A stretch of 64,000 bases of DNA from Gammaproteobacteria bacterium (GTDB taxonomy: Bacteria > Pseudomonadota > Gammaproteobacteria > UBA1113). The notes under the pieces are model-generated. The model saw nothing but the letters and a program-made list of their open reading frames with translations. It made no database searches and was not told the origin of the DNA. The stretch is taken from the NCBI GenBank assembly GCA_965230425.1, contig CBDDKW010000008.1, forward strand, positions 73,667-137,666. Reading direction: 5' to 3'. Below, one piece after another: positions 26,640-35,247 of this stretch (positions are counted from its first letter, which is position 1; each line of letters begins with the position of its first letter). A program made the position numbers and the translations under genes.

Positions 26640-28637
26640 ATGCACGGATCGCGTTCTATTCCTGAAATCACCCTGCGAGCGATTATTCTCGCCATTATTT
26701 TAACCATTATCTTAGGTGCTGCGAATGCGTACTTAGGCTTGAAGGTAGGCTTAACAGTATCAGCGTCAATACCTGCTTCAGTTATTGCGCTGGGTATTTT
26801 ACGGTTTTTTAAAAATTCCAATGTGCTTGAAAGTAATATTGTACAAACGGCAGCATCGTCCGGTGAGGCTTTAACTGCCGGTGTTGCGTTTACCTTGCCT
26901 GCTTTAATTGTCATTCATCATTGGACGCATTTTGGTTATTTGGCTACAGCGGCTATTGCGATGGTGGGTGGAATTTTAGGTGTGTTATTTTCTGTGCCCT
27001 TAAGACGTGCCATGCTGCATGATCCTGCATTACGTTTCCCTGAAGGAACGGCTATCGGTACCGTTTTAAAAGCCCATGATATGGAAGCTGGCAATATGCA
27101 TAATTTGTTATATGGTGGTGGCGTGGGTGCTGTCATCGCATTCTGCCAGGGTGGTATAAAAGTATTATCTGATAGTTTAAATGCTTGGGTAGTAGAAGGA
27201 TCTACTGTGTTTGGTACGAGTATTGGTTTTGCTCCTGCATTGATTGGCGCCGGTTATATCATTGGTGTGAATACGGCATTGAGCATTTTATTAGGTATAT
27301 TCTTGGGTTGGGTTGTGGGTGTACCGATTATTTCACATTTTCATCCTATAGCAAATCTTACGGATTCAACCAGTATTGCGATGACCTTATGGGATCAATA
27401 TATTCGCTATATTGGTTTAGGTACCATGGTTGTTGGTGGTGTTTGGGCGGTGATTGTATTAGTTAAACCCATGATACAGGGGGTGAAAGCATCTATGCAC
27501 GCTTTACATCAAGAGCGTGCAGGTACAGCGGCAACTGAGCGAACTGAAAAAGATATCCCACTCAATTATGTGTTGTGGGGAAGTTTGATCGCGATTATTC
27601 CGGTGTATTTTATTATTCAGTATGCAGGAACTAGCCATATTCCACATATATCTACAGGATTGCATTACAGTGTTAATGGCGTTGGTGTGTTATTTGTATT
27701 GCTGGGTGGTTTTATTTTTGCATCAATTTGTGCGTATTTTGCTGGGTTAGTTGGTTCATCCACAAGTCCAATTTCCAGTATGGCGTTGATTGCATTAATT
27801 GTTGTGTCGTATGCGCTGGTTTTCTTAATGAGTCAGTATATTTCTCTCACTGCGCAAAATGCTGAGTCAGCCGCGATTGCTGGAACAGCAATTATTATTA
27901 CGGCACTGATCGCTGCAGTGGCCGCTATTAGTAATGATACGATGCAAGATTTAAAAGCAGGTTACATGGTGGGGGCAACACCTTGGAAACAGCAAGTGAT
28001 GTTAATGATTGGTGTGATTGTTGCAGCCTTAGTTATGCCGGTTATTTTACAATTATTGTTTGATGCCTATGGATTAGGTGGCGTATTCCCTAGACCCGGT
28101 ATGGATCCATCACAAATGTTATTAGCACCGCAGGCAGGATTAATGGCGGCGGTAGTCACGGGTATTATTACTCATAATGCCCATTGGAATATGGCGATGA
28201 TAGGTGTTGCTATTGGCATTGGTGCACTCATTGCTGATGTAATATTAAAACCTAAAGGTTATCGAGTACCGATTCTTGCTGTGGGGATTGGTATTTATTT
28301 ACCGGTTGGTACCGCATCCCCATTAGTTATTGGCGGTATATTATCTTATTTTGTGAATCGACAAATAAAACGTCGTAGTAAAAAATTAGCTGATGCCGAA
28401 CAAGGACAACAGTTTGCAAACAATGCTCATCAATGTGGTTTGATGATCGCCTGTGGTTTAGTGGCAGGCGCCGCCATCACGGGGGTGCTATTAGCTATAC
28501 CTTTTGTCATTAGTGGTAATTCCGATGTATGGGATATTGTGCCTAAGCAAGATGTCGTCTATACCAGTATTGCCAGTTTAATCGTGACCTTATTGTTGTG
28601 CTACTGGGTGTATCGGCGCGTGATCGGGGTAAAATAA
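26640..28637 (+). CDS. OPT-family oligopeptide transporter
   Basis: About 665 aa and highly hydrophobic, with the OPT-superfamily topology and conserved N-terminus (EITLRAIILAIILTIILGAANAYLGLKVGLT). Start chosen at the ATG preceded by GGAAG. The ORF tracker started 24 bp earlier. Confidence 0.85.
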   Translation: MHGSRSIPEITLRAIILAIILTIILGAANAYLGLKVGLTVSASIPASVIALGILRFFKNSNVLESNIVQTAASSGEALTAGVAFTLPALIVIHHWTHFGYLATAAIAMVGGILGVLFSVPLRRAMLHDPALRFPEGTAIGTVLKAHDMEAGNMHNLLYGGGVGAVIAFCQGGIKVLSDSLNAWVVEGSTVFGTSIGFAPALIGAGYIIGVNTALSILLGIFLGWVVGVPIISHFHPIANLTDSTSIAMTLWDQYIRYIGLGTMVVGGVWAVIVLVKPMIQGVKASMHALHQERAGTAATERTEKDIPLNYVLWGSLIAIIPVYFIIQYAGTSHIPHISTGLHYSVNGVGVLFVLLGGFIFASICAYFAGLVGSSTSPISSMALIALIVVSYALVFLMSQYISLTAQNAESAAIAGTAIIITALIAAVAAISNDTMQDLKAGYMVGATPWKQQVMLMIGVIVAALVMPVILQLLFDAYGLGGVFPRPGMDPSQMLLAPQAGLMAAVVTGIITHNAHWNMAMIGVAIGIGALIADVILKPKGYRVPILAVGIGIYLPVGTASPLVIGGILSYFVNRQIKRRSKKLADAEQGQQFANNAHQCGLMIACGLVAGAAITGVLLAIPFVISGNSDVWDIVPKQDVVYTSIASLIVTLLLCYWVYRRVIGVK

Positions 28638-28680
28638 AGACTAAATTCAGAATATATACAAAATGCGAGGAGTATAACTA

Positions 28681-28926
28681 ATGAATATTATCAGCATGAC
28701 CAGCCAAGAATTCAACCAAAATATGGGTAAGGCAAAGTATGCCACTGCCAGCGGGCCTGTGTTCATTACAGATGGCGGTAAACCTACCCATGAATTAATG
28801 AGTATACAGGATTATCAACAAATTACTGAGGAACACGCTAGTATTGTTGAGTTGTTAGCGATGCCAGAAGCAATCGATATTGAGTTTGTGGCACCCCGTT
28901 TGGATAAACTGTTCTTAATATTCTAG
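28681..28926 (+). CDS. Phd/YefM-family (prevent-host-death) type II antitoxin, orphan
   Basis: 81 aa. The N-terminus (MTSQEFNQNMGKAKYATASGPVFITDGGKPTHELMSIQDYQQI) follows the Phd/YefM pattern. The C-terminus (LLAMPEAIDIEFVAPRLDKL) resembles the toxin-binding tail of VapB-like Phd antitoxins. No toxin ORF follows; only a 13-codon stub (MRGRLSFYFDGR) precedes the convergent gene. Confidence 0.6.
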   Translation: MNIISMTSQEFNQNMGKAKYATASGPVFITDGGKPTHELMSIQDYQQITEEHASIVELLAMPEAIDIEFVAPRLDKLFLIF

Positions 28927-29007
28927 GAAGAACCTAAGTCAAATATATTGATTGTGATGAGAGGTAGACTTTCTTTCTACTTTGATGGTAGGTGATAGCT
29001 TATATTT

Positions 29008-30138
29008 TTAGGAATAAACATGAATCAACGTGCTTTTAATCAAAGGATCGATAATTCTATATTCGCCAGAAGCCAGCCGCTCAATATAATCTAATTCTTC
29101 TAAAGCCTTTAATGCTTGTACAACGGAGCTACTTGTTAAACCTAACCTTAATAAGCTTTCTTTACTAGATAAGCTATTATTGTTGCCTGAAGCTATTTCA
29201 CAGAGTAATTGTATTTGTGTTGATGAGCGACGCGATAATTCAAGCCGTATGTCTTTATGTTTTTGTAAAATATATTCATGCCATGCTTTTTCAACATCAC
29301 TTATTGTCGGTAACTTATTATCACAGCGTAACCAGACTTCCGTACATAGTAAATATACATAGCGCGGATGACGATCAGATAATGTTAGAATCTTTTCAAT
29401 GATATTATCCGGGAGTACTTTCCCAAGTGTCTTTTGTGATACTTTTTTCAGATAAGTGACGTAGTAAGATGCATCAATACGATCTAATCTGATCTCATCA
29501 CATAATGAGTATAAAGGACGAGAACGATCGTTAAAAATTTTATTGAGCATTTTACGGCTGCTGCCAGAGAAGATAAATACTACATGCTTACATTCTTGGG
29601 CAAAATGTCTTACTGCGCCTTCAATGGCTTTACCAGCGTTAGTTTCTAAAATTTCTTGGAATTCATCGATATAAATGATAGCTTTCATTTTTCGTTTTTC
29701 TAGGATGAACTCTAGCGCCTCTAATACATCAAGTATATTCTGTGGTACAGTTTTTGGATTATGGGGAATTAATTCTAGCGTGGCTCCTTTTATACCTATT
29801 GTCCACTTCTTATCAGCTTTTTTGAAAAATTCTCTTAAGACATTAAACCACTGTTCTGGACCTGAGGTAATTTGTTGTATAACTGAGCTGACGCCAGTAA
29901 TAATTTTATCGCCAATATCAATTTCATTAATTGCAACAAATAAATCGATTTCACTGTGTGGTAATTCAGTTTTTTGAATGGCATGTTTTGCTAGGCTCGT
30001 TTTTCCATATCGCCTAGGGGCTATTAAGACTGTGTGTGCGCCTTCATGAATGTTGCCAATTAGTCGTTTTAATTCTTTAAGCCTATTGAAAAAAGGAACG
30101 CCTTTTGCGACGCCCTTAGGGAAGTATCGTCTAAACAT
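29008..30138 (-). CDS. ATP-binding protein, archaeal-type ATPase (PF01637/DUF234-like) with C-terminal wHTH
   Basis: 376 aa with Walker A VLIAPRRYGKTSL and Walker B-like IIYIDEFQ. The C-terminal ALKALEELDYIERL resembles a winged-helix domain. Confidence 0.65.
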   Translation of the reverse strand: MFRRYFPKGVAKGVPFFNRLKELKRLIGNIHEGAHTVLIAPRRYGKTSLAKHAIQKTELPHSEIDLFVAINEIDIGDKIITGVSSVIQQITSGPEQWFNVLREFFKKADKKWTIGIKGATLELIPHNPKTVPQNILDVLEALEFILEKRKMKAIIYIDEFQEILETNAGKAIEGAVRHFAQECKHVVFIFSGSSRKMLNKIFNDRSRPLYSLCDEIRLDRIDASYYVTYLKKVSQKTLGKVLPDNIIEKILTLSDRHPRYVYLLCTEVWLRCDNKLPTISDVEKAWHEYILQKHKDIRLELSRRSSTQIQLLCEIASGNNNSLSSKESLLRLGLTSSSVVQALKALEELDYIERLASGEYRIIDPLIKSTLIHVYS

Positions 30139-30196
30139 CTTTACCTCAAATATATGCTGGCCATGCTATTTAGGTAAGTATAACTCAATTACATCT

Positions 30197-30275
30197 AAGT
30201 TAAAGCCTTTTAAGTTAAAACGATTTAAGTTAAAGCCCTTTAACTTAAAGAGCTTTGAGTTAAAGCATTTTAACC
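30197..30275. repeat. 15-bp tandem repeat array (~5 copies: aagttaaagcctttt / aagttaaaacgattt / aagttaaagcccttt / aacttaaagagcttt / gagttaaagcatttt)
   Basis: Directly visible in the promoter region upstream of the ATPase gene (start 30138) and downstream of prlC. It produces the artefactual periodic ORF KLKPFKLKRFKLKPFNLKSF at 30050..30289. Confidence 0.85.
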
Positions 30276-30401
30276 TAGAGAAGAAATAAATCTATACCCC
30301 ATATAAATAATTGATATTTATACTATTTTTAACCATGCCGACGCTGGGTTGTATTTGTACAGCTTCTGCGATTTCTATAAAATAACAAAAAAGAGCAAAA
30401 T

Positions 30402-32438
30402 TTAAGCAATCCCACTATGTCTCAATAAGGCATCAATATTGGGTTCACGTCCCCGAAAAGCAACAAATAAATCCATGGGTTTGGCAGAACCGCCTTTTTC
30501 CAAAATGCAGTGTAAGAATTCCTGGCCTGTTTGTTGGTCAAAGATACCGTTTTCTTCAAATTTAGAAAAAGCATCACTAGAGAGAACTTCCGCCCATTTA
30601 TAACTGTAATAGCCAGCAGCATAACCCCCAGCAAAAATATGTGAGAAACTATGTTGAAAGCGATTAAATTCAGGAATAGGTACAACAGCAGTTTCTTTGC
30701 GTACAGCATCTAAGGTTTCTTGTATGCGAGCACCTTTTTCAGGGGAGTAATTTTTATAAATATAAAAGTCGAATAAGCTAAATTCCACTTGACGTACCAT
30801 TTGCATGGCAGATTGGAAGTTCTTAGCCGCGATCATTTTATTAAATAATTCATCAGGGATAGGTTCACCTGTTTCATAATGCCCAGAAATAAGTGCTAAA
30901 GCTTCTTTTTGCCAACACCAATTTTCCATAAATTGACTAGGTAACTCTACTGCGTCCCACTCCACACCATTAATACCTGAGATATCTAAATGGTCGATTT
31001 GGGTCAGCATATGATGTAGACCATGACCAAATTCATGGAATAAGGTAATGACCTCTTCATGAGTGAATAAAGCGGGTTTATTTGCAGAGGGGCCGGCAAA
31101 ATTACAAACTAGATAAGCCACTGGGATTTCAATATCACCTTGATGATTAATATGACGTTGACGACAATCATCCATCCAGGCACCACCGCGTTTATTGGCC
31201 CGGGCATAGAGATCAATATAAAATTTACCGCGTAGCTGGTGTGTAGCATCATAAACTTCAAAGAAACGTACATCAGGATGCCAGGTATCAATATTTTTAA
31301 CTTCATTGATGTTCATACCATATAATCGCCCAACAGTAGCAAACATCCCGGATAATACTTTGTCCTCTGGAAAATAAGGGCGTAATTCCTCTTGCGATAA
31401 ATGATATTTATGTAATTGTAATTTCTCACTGTAGTAGGGGATATCCCAAGCTTTTAATTCAGGCATATCATGATGTCGTGCTGCAAACTCGCAAAGTTCA
31501 GCGAAGTCTTGTTTTGCCTCTGCATAAGAACGTTGGCGTAGATCCTTAAGAAAATTAATCACGGTATCGCTATCATCTGCCATTTTCGTTGCCAGCGAAT
31601 AATCAGCATAATTATCAAAACCCAGTAGCTGAGCAATTTCATGACGACAGCGAACAATGTTATTCATTACTTCAGAATTATCCCACTTTCCGGCATTCGG
31701 ACCTTGATCTGAAGCGCGAGTAGCATAAGCAGCATAAATCTCTTCGCGTAATGAGCGTGAATCGGCATAGTTCATCACCGCGTAATAGCAGGGAAATTCT
31801 AATGTCAGTACCCAGCCTGATAGATCACGTTGTTGGGCTACAGCATGTGCTGCTTGTTTCGCATGCTCTGGCAAACCGGTTAGTACTACTTCCTCAGTAA
31901 TATGTTTGGACCAAGCATCAGTGGCATCTAAGAGATTTTGCTCAAATTTAGTAGTTAATTCAGATAACTCTCGTTCTAATTGTTGAAAATGCTGCTTGTC
32001 AGTATCATTCAAGCCAATGCCAGATAAACGAAAGTCGCGTAGAGCATCATTAATAACTTTCTGTTTTGTAGCATCAAAGTCTGCAAATTCAGGTGACTCA
32101 CTGATAGCAACGAAAGCGTGGTATAGCTTTTTATTATGACCTAACTCGGTGTGATAATCTGATAACTTGGGCAAGCATTGCTGATACGCTGCTCGTAATT
32201 CTTCTGTATTAACCACTGAGTGCATGTGTAATACGGGTGACCAGGTATTGTGTAAGCGAACATCTAGTAATTCTAAAGGATGAATCAAGTTCTCCCAAGT
32301 AAAACTATCTTGCTCTAATAATCTATTAATTGCTTGGCGGTTTTCCGCTAAAATATGATCAATAGCCGGTTCTATATGCCCAGGCTTGATTTCACTAAAT
32401 GCAGGTAAAGAATGTGATTGCAGTAACGGGTTTGACAT
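30402..32438 (-). CDS. prlC: Oligopeptidase A (M3 family zinc metallopeptidase)
   Basis: 678 aa with the HEFGHGLHH zinc-binding motif and overall M3A architecture. The N-terminal MSNPLLQSHSLPAFSEIKP is typical of OpdA. Confidence 0.92.
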   Translation of the reverse strand: MSNPLLQSHSLPAFSEIKPGHIEPAIDHILAENRQAINRLLEQDSFTWENLIHPLELLDVRLHNTWSPVLHMHSVVNTEELRAAYQQCLPKLSDYHTELGHNKKLYHAFVAISESPEFADFDATKQKVINDALRDFRLSGIGLNDTDKQHFQQLERELSELTTKFEQNLLDATDAWSKHITEEVVLTGLPEHAKQAAHAVAQQRDLSGWVLTLEFPCYYAVMNYADSRSLREEIYAAYATRASDQGPNAGKWDNSEVMNNIVRCRHEIAQLLGFDNYADYSLATKMADDSDTVINFLKDLRQRSYAEAKQDFAELCEFAARHHDMPELKAWDIPYYSEKLQLHKYHLSQEELRPYFPEDKVLSGMFATVGRLYGMNINEVKNIDTWHPDVRFFEVYDATHQLRGKFYIDLYARANKRGGAWMDDCRQRHINHQGDIEIPVAYLVCNFAGPSANKPALFTHEEVITLFHEFGHGLHHMLTQIDHLDISGINGVEWDAVELPSQFMENWCWQKEALALISGHYETGEPIPDELFNKMIAAKNFQSAMQMVRQVEFSLFDFYIYKNYSPEKGARIQETLDAVRKETAVVPIPEFNRFQHSFSHIFAGGYAAGYYSYKWAEVLSSDAFSKFEENGIFDQQTGQEFLHCILEKGGSAKPMDLFVAFRGREPNIDALLRHSGIA

Positions 32439-32895
32439 GATGAATACCTAATTTTAAACGGATATGAAAAATTCAGCTAAAGACTAAAACCCTAGCTTAA
32501 ATCTAGCTGAAATACAAACAAGAGATGCACGGAGTAGCTGAATAGTGGGTAAAAATATGAAATGTTCGTTTAAAGCTAAATATAGCAATTGAAGTCGATA
32601 TCCGCCTATCAAGGATAAACTAAGACATACCAGGACCGTTATATCTTATTAAATAACAGTGTGAACAGCCGTAAACTAACAGAAAAAATATAAAAAAATC
32701 ACGTTAAATTTTTCTTAAAATAAAATAAAAGTTTATATTTCACATCAAAAATAGTTTTTTTATAAAAAAACTGCACAAATATGTACAAAAAGCTTGCAAA
32801 TATTTGTTTTTTTATTATACTCACATGCGTTTTTGCATTTCGTTTTATGAACAAGTGCAGAAATTGTTTTTATTTTTACTATACGAGGTTTGATA

Positions 32896-33554
32896 TGGCA
32901 CGTAAGAAAACTGCTACATCCAAAAAAGTAACGCAAGCGAAAGCTAACCCTGTCACTGCATTAAAACAAAAAATGCAAGCAGCTAAAGCCAAGCATGCGC
33001 AAGTACAAAAGCAACTAAAGGACCAAGTCGCTAAATTAAAAGCGGAGCTTAAAACCCAAGTTGCTAAAGTAAAGGATGCAGCTTATCAGCAAGGTATGCA
33101 AGATGCATTAACCATGGTTGAGAAACGTGTTCAAGCACGTGCTAAATTAATGGTTGCGGCTGAGAAGAAAATTGAAAAGGAATTAGCAAAGAAATTTGTT
33201 GTTAAAGCTAAGAAAACGGCTAAAAAAGCCAGTGTTGCAAGTAAAACAGCAAAAAAAGCTAAAGTAAGTACTGCAAAACGCGGTCGTAAGCCTGCAAGTG
33301 CTAGCAAATCAGCAAGCACGGCAAGCAAAACCGTTAAAAAAGCTAAAGTAAGTACTACAAAACGCGGTCGTAAGCCTGCAAGTACTAGCAAATCAGCAAG
33401 TACTGCAAGCAAAACCGTTAAAAAAGCTAAAGTAAGTACTGCAAAACGTGGTCGTAAGCCTACTATTGCAAAAAGCCGTACTACAAGTAGCGCAGTAAAA
33501 GGACGTAAAGTTGCTAAAACTGCAAAACGTGCAGCTAGCAAATCAGCTAAATAA
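32896..33554 (+). CDS. Histone H1-like, lysine/alanine-rich DNA-binding protein (Hq1/Hc1/AlgP-like) with internal 28-aa tandem repeats
   Basis: Start at ATG 32896, preceded by GAGGT. The ORF tracker's 32781 start runs through an AT-rich promoter. The protein is rich in K/A/T/S with KKAKVSTAKRGRKPASxSKSASTASKTV repeated about 2.6 times. Confidence 0.75.
33252..33470. repeat. 84-bp coding tandem repeat (~2.6 copies) inside the histone-like gene. It is a potential VNTR.
   Basis: The unit aaaaaagctaaagtaagtactgcaaaacgcggtcgtaagcctgcaagtgctagcaaatcagcaagcacggcaagcaaaaccgtt is repeated at 33252, 33336 and 33420 (partial) with a few substitutions. Confidence 0.85.
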
Positions 33555-33690
33555 TTACATTTGATCTCTCGAGGCTTGCCTCAAGGGATTGTATGTTTAG
33601 CATTTCTCATAGAAGGCTGGCATTGCCATTCGCAATGCCAGCTTTTTGTGGTTTAATAGGACACTGTTGCCTGATTATAAGGACATACAT

Positions 33691-34212
33691 ATGAATATCA
33701 GATCCTTTCAAAATATTAATCCTCACATTGATCCTTCCGCTTATATTGACCCCGCTGCAATGGTGATTGGTGAAGTAAACATCGGGGCTGATACCTCAGT
33801 ATGGCCAATGGCAGTTATTCGTGGTGATGTGAATCATATTCGCATAGGTGCACGTAATAGCATCCAAGATGGCTCAATTCTACATGTCACTCATAAACGT
33901 GAACAAAATCCCACAGGCCAACCATTGATTATCGGTGATGATAATACTATCGGTCATCGGGTTACTTTGCATGGTTGTACGGTACATGATCTTTGCTTAA
34001 TTGGCATGGGATCAATCATTATGGATGGCGTTGTACTCGAATCGGAAGTGATCTTAGGTGCTGGTAGCTTAGTTACTGAAAATAAGATATTAGAAAGTGG
34101 TTATCTTTATATGGGTACGCCAGTTAAAAAAATACGCCCCTTAACAGCAGAAGAGAGAGAGTTCCTACCTTATAGTGCGCAGCACTATGTGAAAGTGAAG
34201 AATCAGTATTAG
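33691..34212 (+). CDS. Gamma-class carbonic anhydrase family protein (YrdA/PaaY-like hexapeptide-repeat protein)
   Basis: Left-handed beta-helix hexapeptide pattern (IDPSAYIDPAAMVIGEVNIGADTSVWPMAVIRGD..IRIGARNSIQDGSILH). Start at MNIRSF, preceded by AAGGA. Confidence 0.8.
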   Translation: MNIRSFQNINPHIDPSAYIDPAAMVIGEVNIGADTSVWPMAVIRGDVNHIRIGARNSIQDGSILHVTHKREQNPTGQPLIIGDDNTIGHRVTLHGCTVHDLCLIGMGSIIMDGVVLESEVILGAGSLVTENKILESGYLYMGTPVKKIRPLTAEEREFLPYSAQHYVKVKNQY

Positions 34213-34243
34213 GCATAATAGGCTCTGTGCTGTAGAAAGAGTT

Positions 34244-34382
34244 TTGTCATTTCGAATAGTGGCGATAGCTGCCGTGAGGGATCTCCCGATGATTTGACTG
34301 CCTAGTTATAACATAATTTCATGTCAGCTAAACTATCAGGAGATTTCCCGCTGCGGTTTACAGCCACAACTCGAAATGACAA
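34244..34382. repeat. Dispersed MITE/REP-like element, full copy with ~50-bp imperfect inverted arms (34244-34298 and 34334-34382)
   Basis: Left arm ttgtcatttcgaatagtggcgatagctgccgtgagggatctcccgatgatttgac. Right arm tatcaggagatttcccgctgcggtttacagccacaactcgaaatgacaa, roughly the reverse complement of the left arm. It lies between yrdA and aroE. Confidence 0.75.
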
Positions 34383-34404
34383 CATAGTTGATGATGACAG
34401 CTTA

Positions 34405-35247
34405 TTATGAAGATATGTTCCTGATTTGTGTAATAACTCGATTTGTCTCCGGACGAACTTGACGCCATATATAAAATGCATCAGCGGCTTGTTCCACAAG
34501 CATGCCTAAGCCATCATGGCATTGCTGCGCGCCCATTTCTTTTGCCCAATTGAGAAAGGGGTATTCTTTCTTACCATACATCATGTCATAACAAACCGTT
34601 GCAGAGGTAATAATGCTAGCGGGTAATGCCAAGCTGCTATTTTGTAAGCTCGCAGTCGTTGCATTAATCACTAAGTCAAAGTGCTGATTTAATATAGCAT
34701 TATCAGGATCCATACTACATGCCTGTATACTGCCCGCAGATTTAAACCAATCTGCTAAATCATGGGCCTTTGTCTCTGTGCGATTAGCCACAACAAATAA
34801 TTGTGGCTTTTCGGCAAGTAGAGAACCAGCCGCGGCAAAAGCAGCACCACCGGCACCTAATAGTAATATCTTTTTATTATGAACAGTGTACTGATGATTT
34901 TGAGTTAAATCGCGTATTAGTCCTGAACCATCGGTGCTGTCACCACTGAGAATGTTATTTTCACCCACAATGCTCATGGTATTAACTGATTTTGTTAGTT
35001 CGGCTATATCACTGCGCTGTTGTGATAAAGACCATGCCTGTTGTTTAAACGGCGTGGTAATATTAAAACCTTTACCACCTGAAGTAATGAAGTCAGCAAC
35101 AGTCTGCTCAAACTCGTCAAGCGGTGCAAGTATTTTTTCATAATGAATATGCTCGCCAGTTTGCTCAGCAAACAGATGGTGAATTTGTGGTGATAGACTA
35201 TGTTCGACTGGGTGGCCGATGACGGCATAACGATCAGGGTGTGTCAT
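34405..35247 (-). CDS. aroE: Shikimate dehydrogenase
   Basis: 280 aa with an N-terminus YAVIGHPVEHSLSPQIH and an NAD(P)-binding GAGGAAFAAA motif. Its start overlaps the priA stop (TAATG). Confidence 0.9.
   Translation of the reverse strand: MTHPDRYAVIGHPVEHSLSPQIHHLFAEQTGEHIHYEKILAPLDEFEQTVADFITSGGKGFNITTPFKQQAWSLSQQRSDIAELTKSVNTMSIVGENNILSGDSTDGSGLIRDLTQNHQYTVHNKKILLLGAGGAAFAAAGSLLAEKPQLFVVANRTETKAHDLADWFKSAGSIQACSMDPDNAILNQHFDLVINATTASLQNSSLALPASIITSATVCYDMMYGKKEYPFLNWAKEMGAQQCHDGLGMLVEQAADAFYIWRQVRPETNRVITQIRNISS

Noticed and set aside
30050-30289. 79-aa ORF with periodic KLKPF sequence
   Set aside because: It is produced by the 15-bp tandem DNA repeat, which is in frame by chance, and it lies in a promoter region. 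It is not a gene.
33131-33541. 136-aa minus-strand ORF overlapping the histone-like gene
   Set aside because: It is a low-complexity mirror ORF (Leu/Ala-rich) generated by the K/A-rich repeat on the opposite strand.
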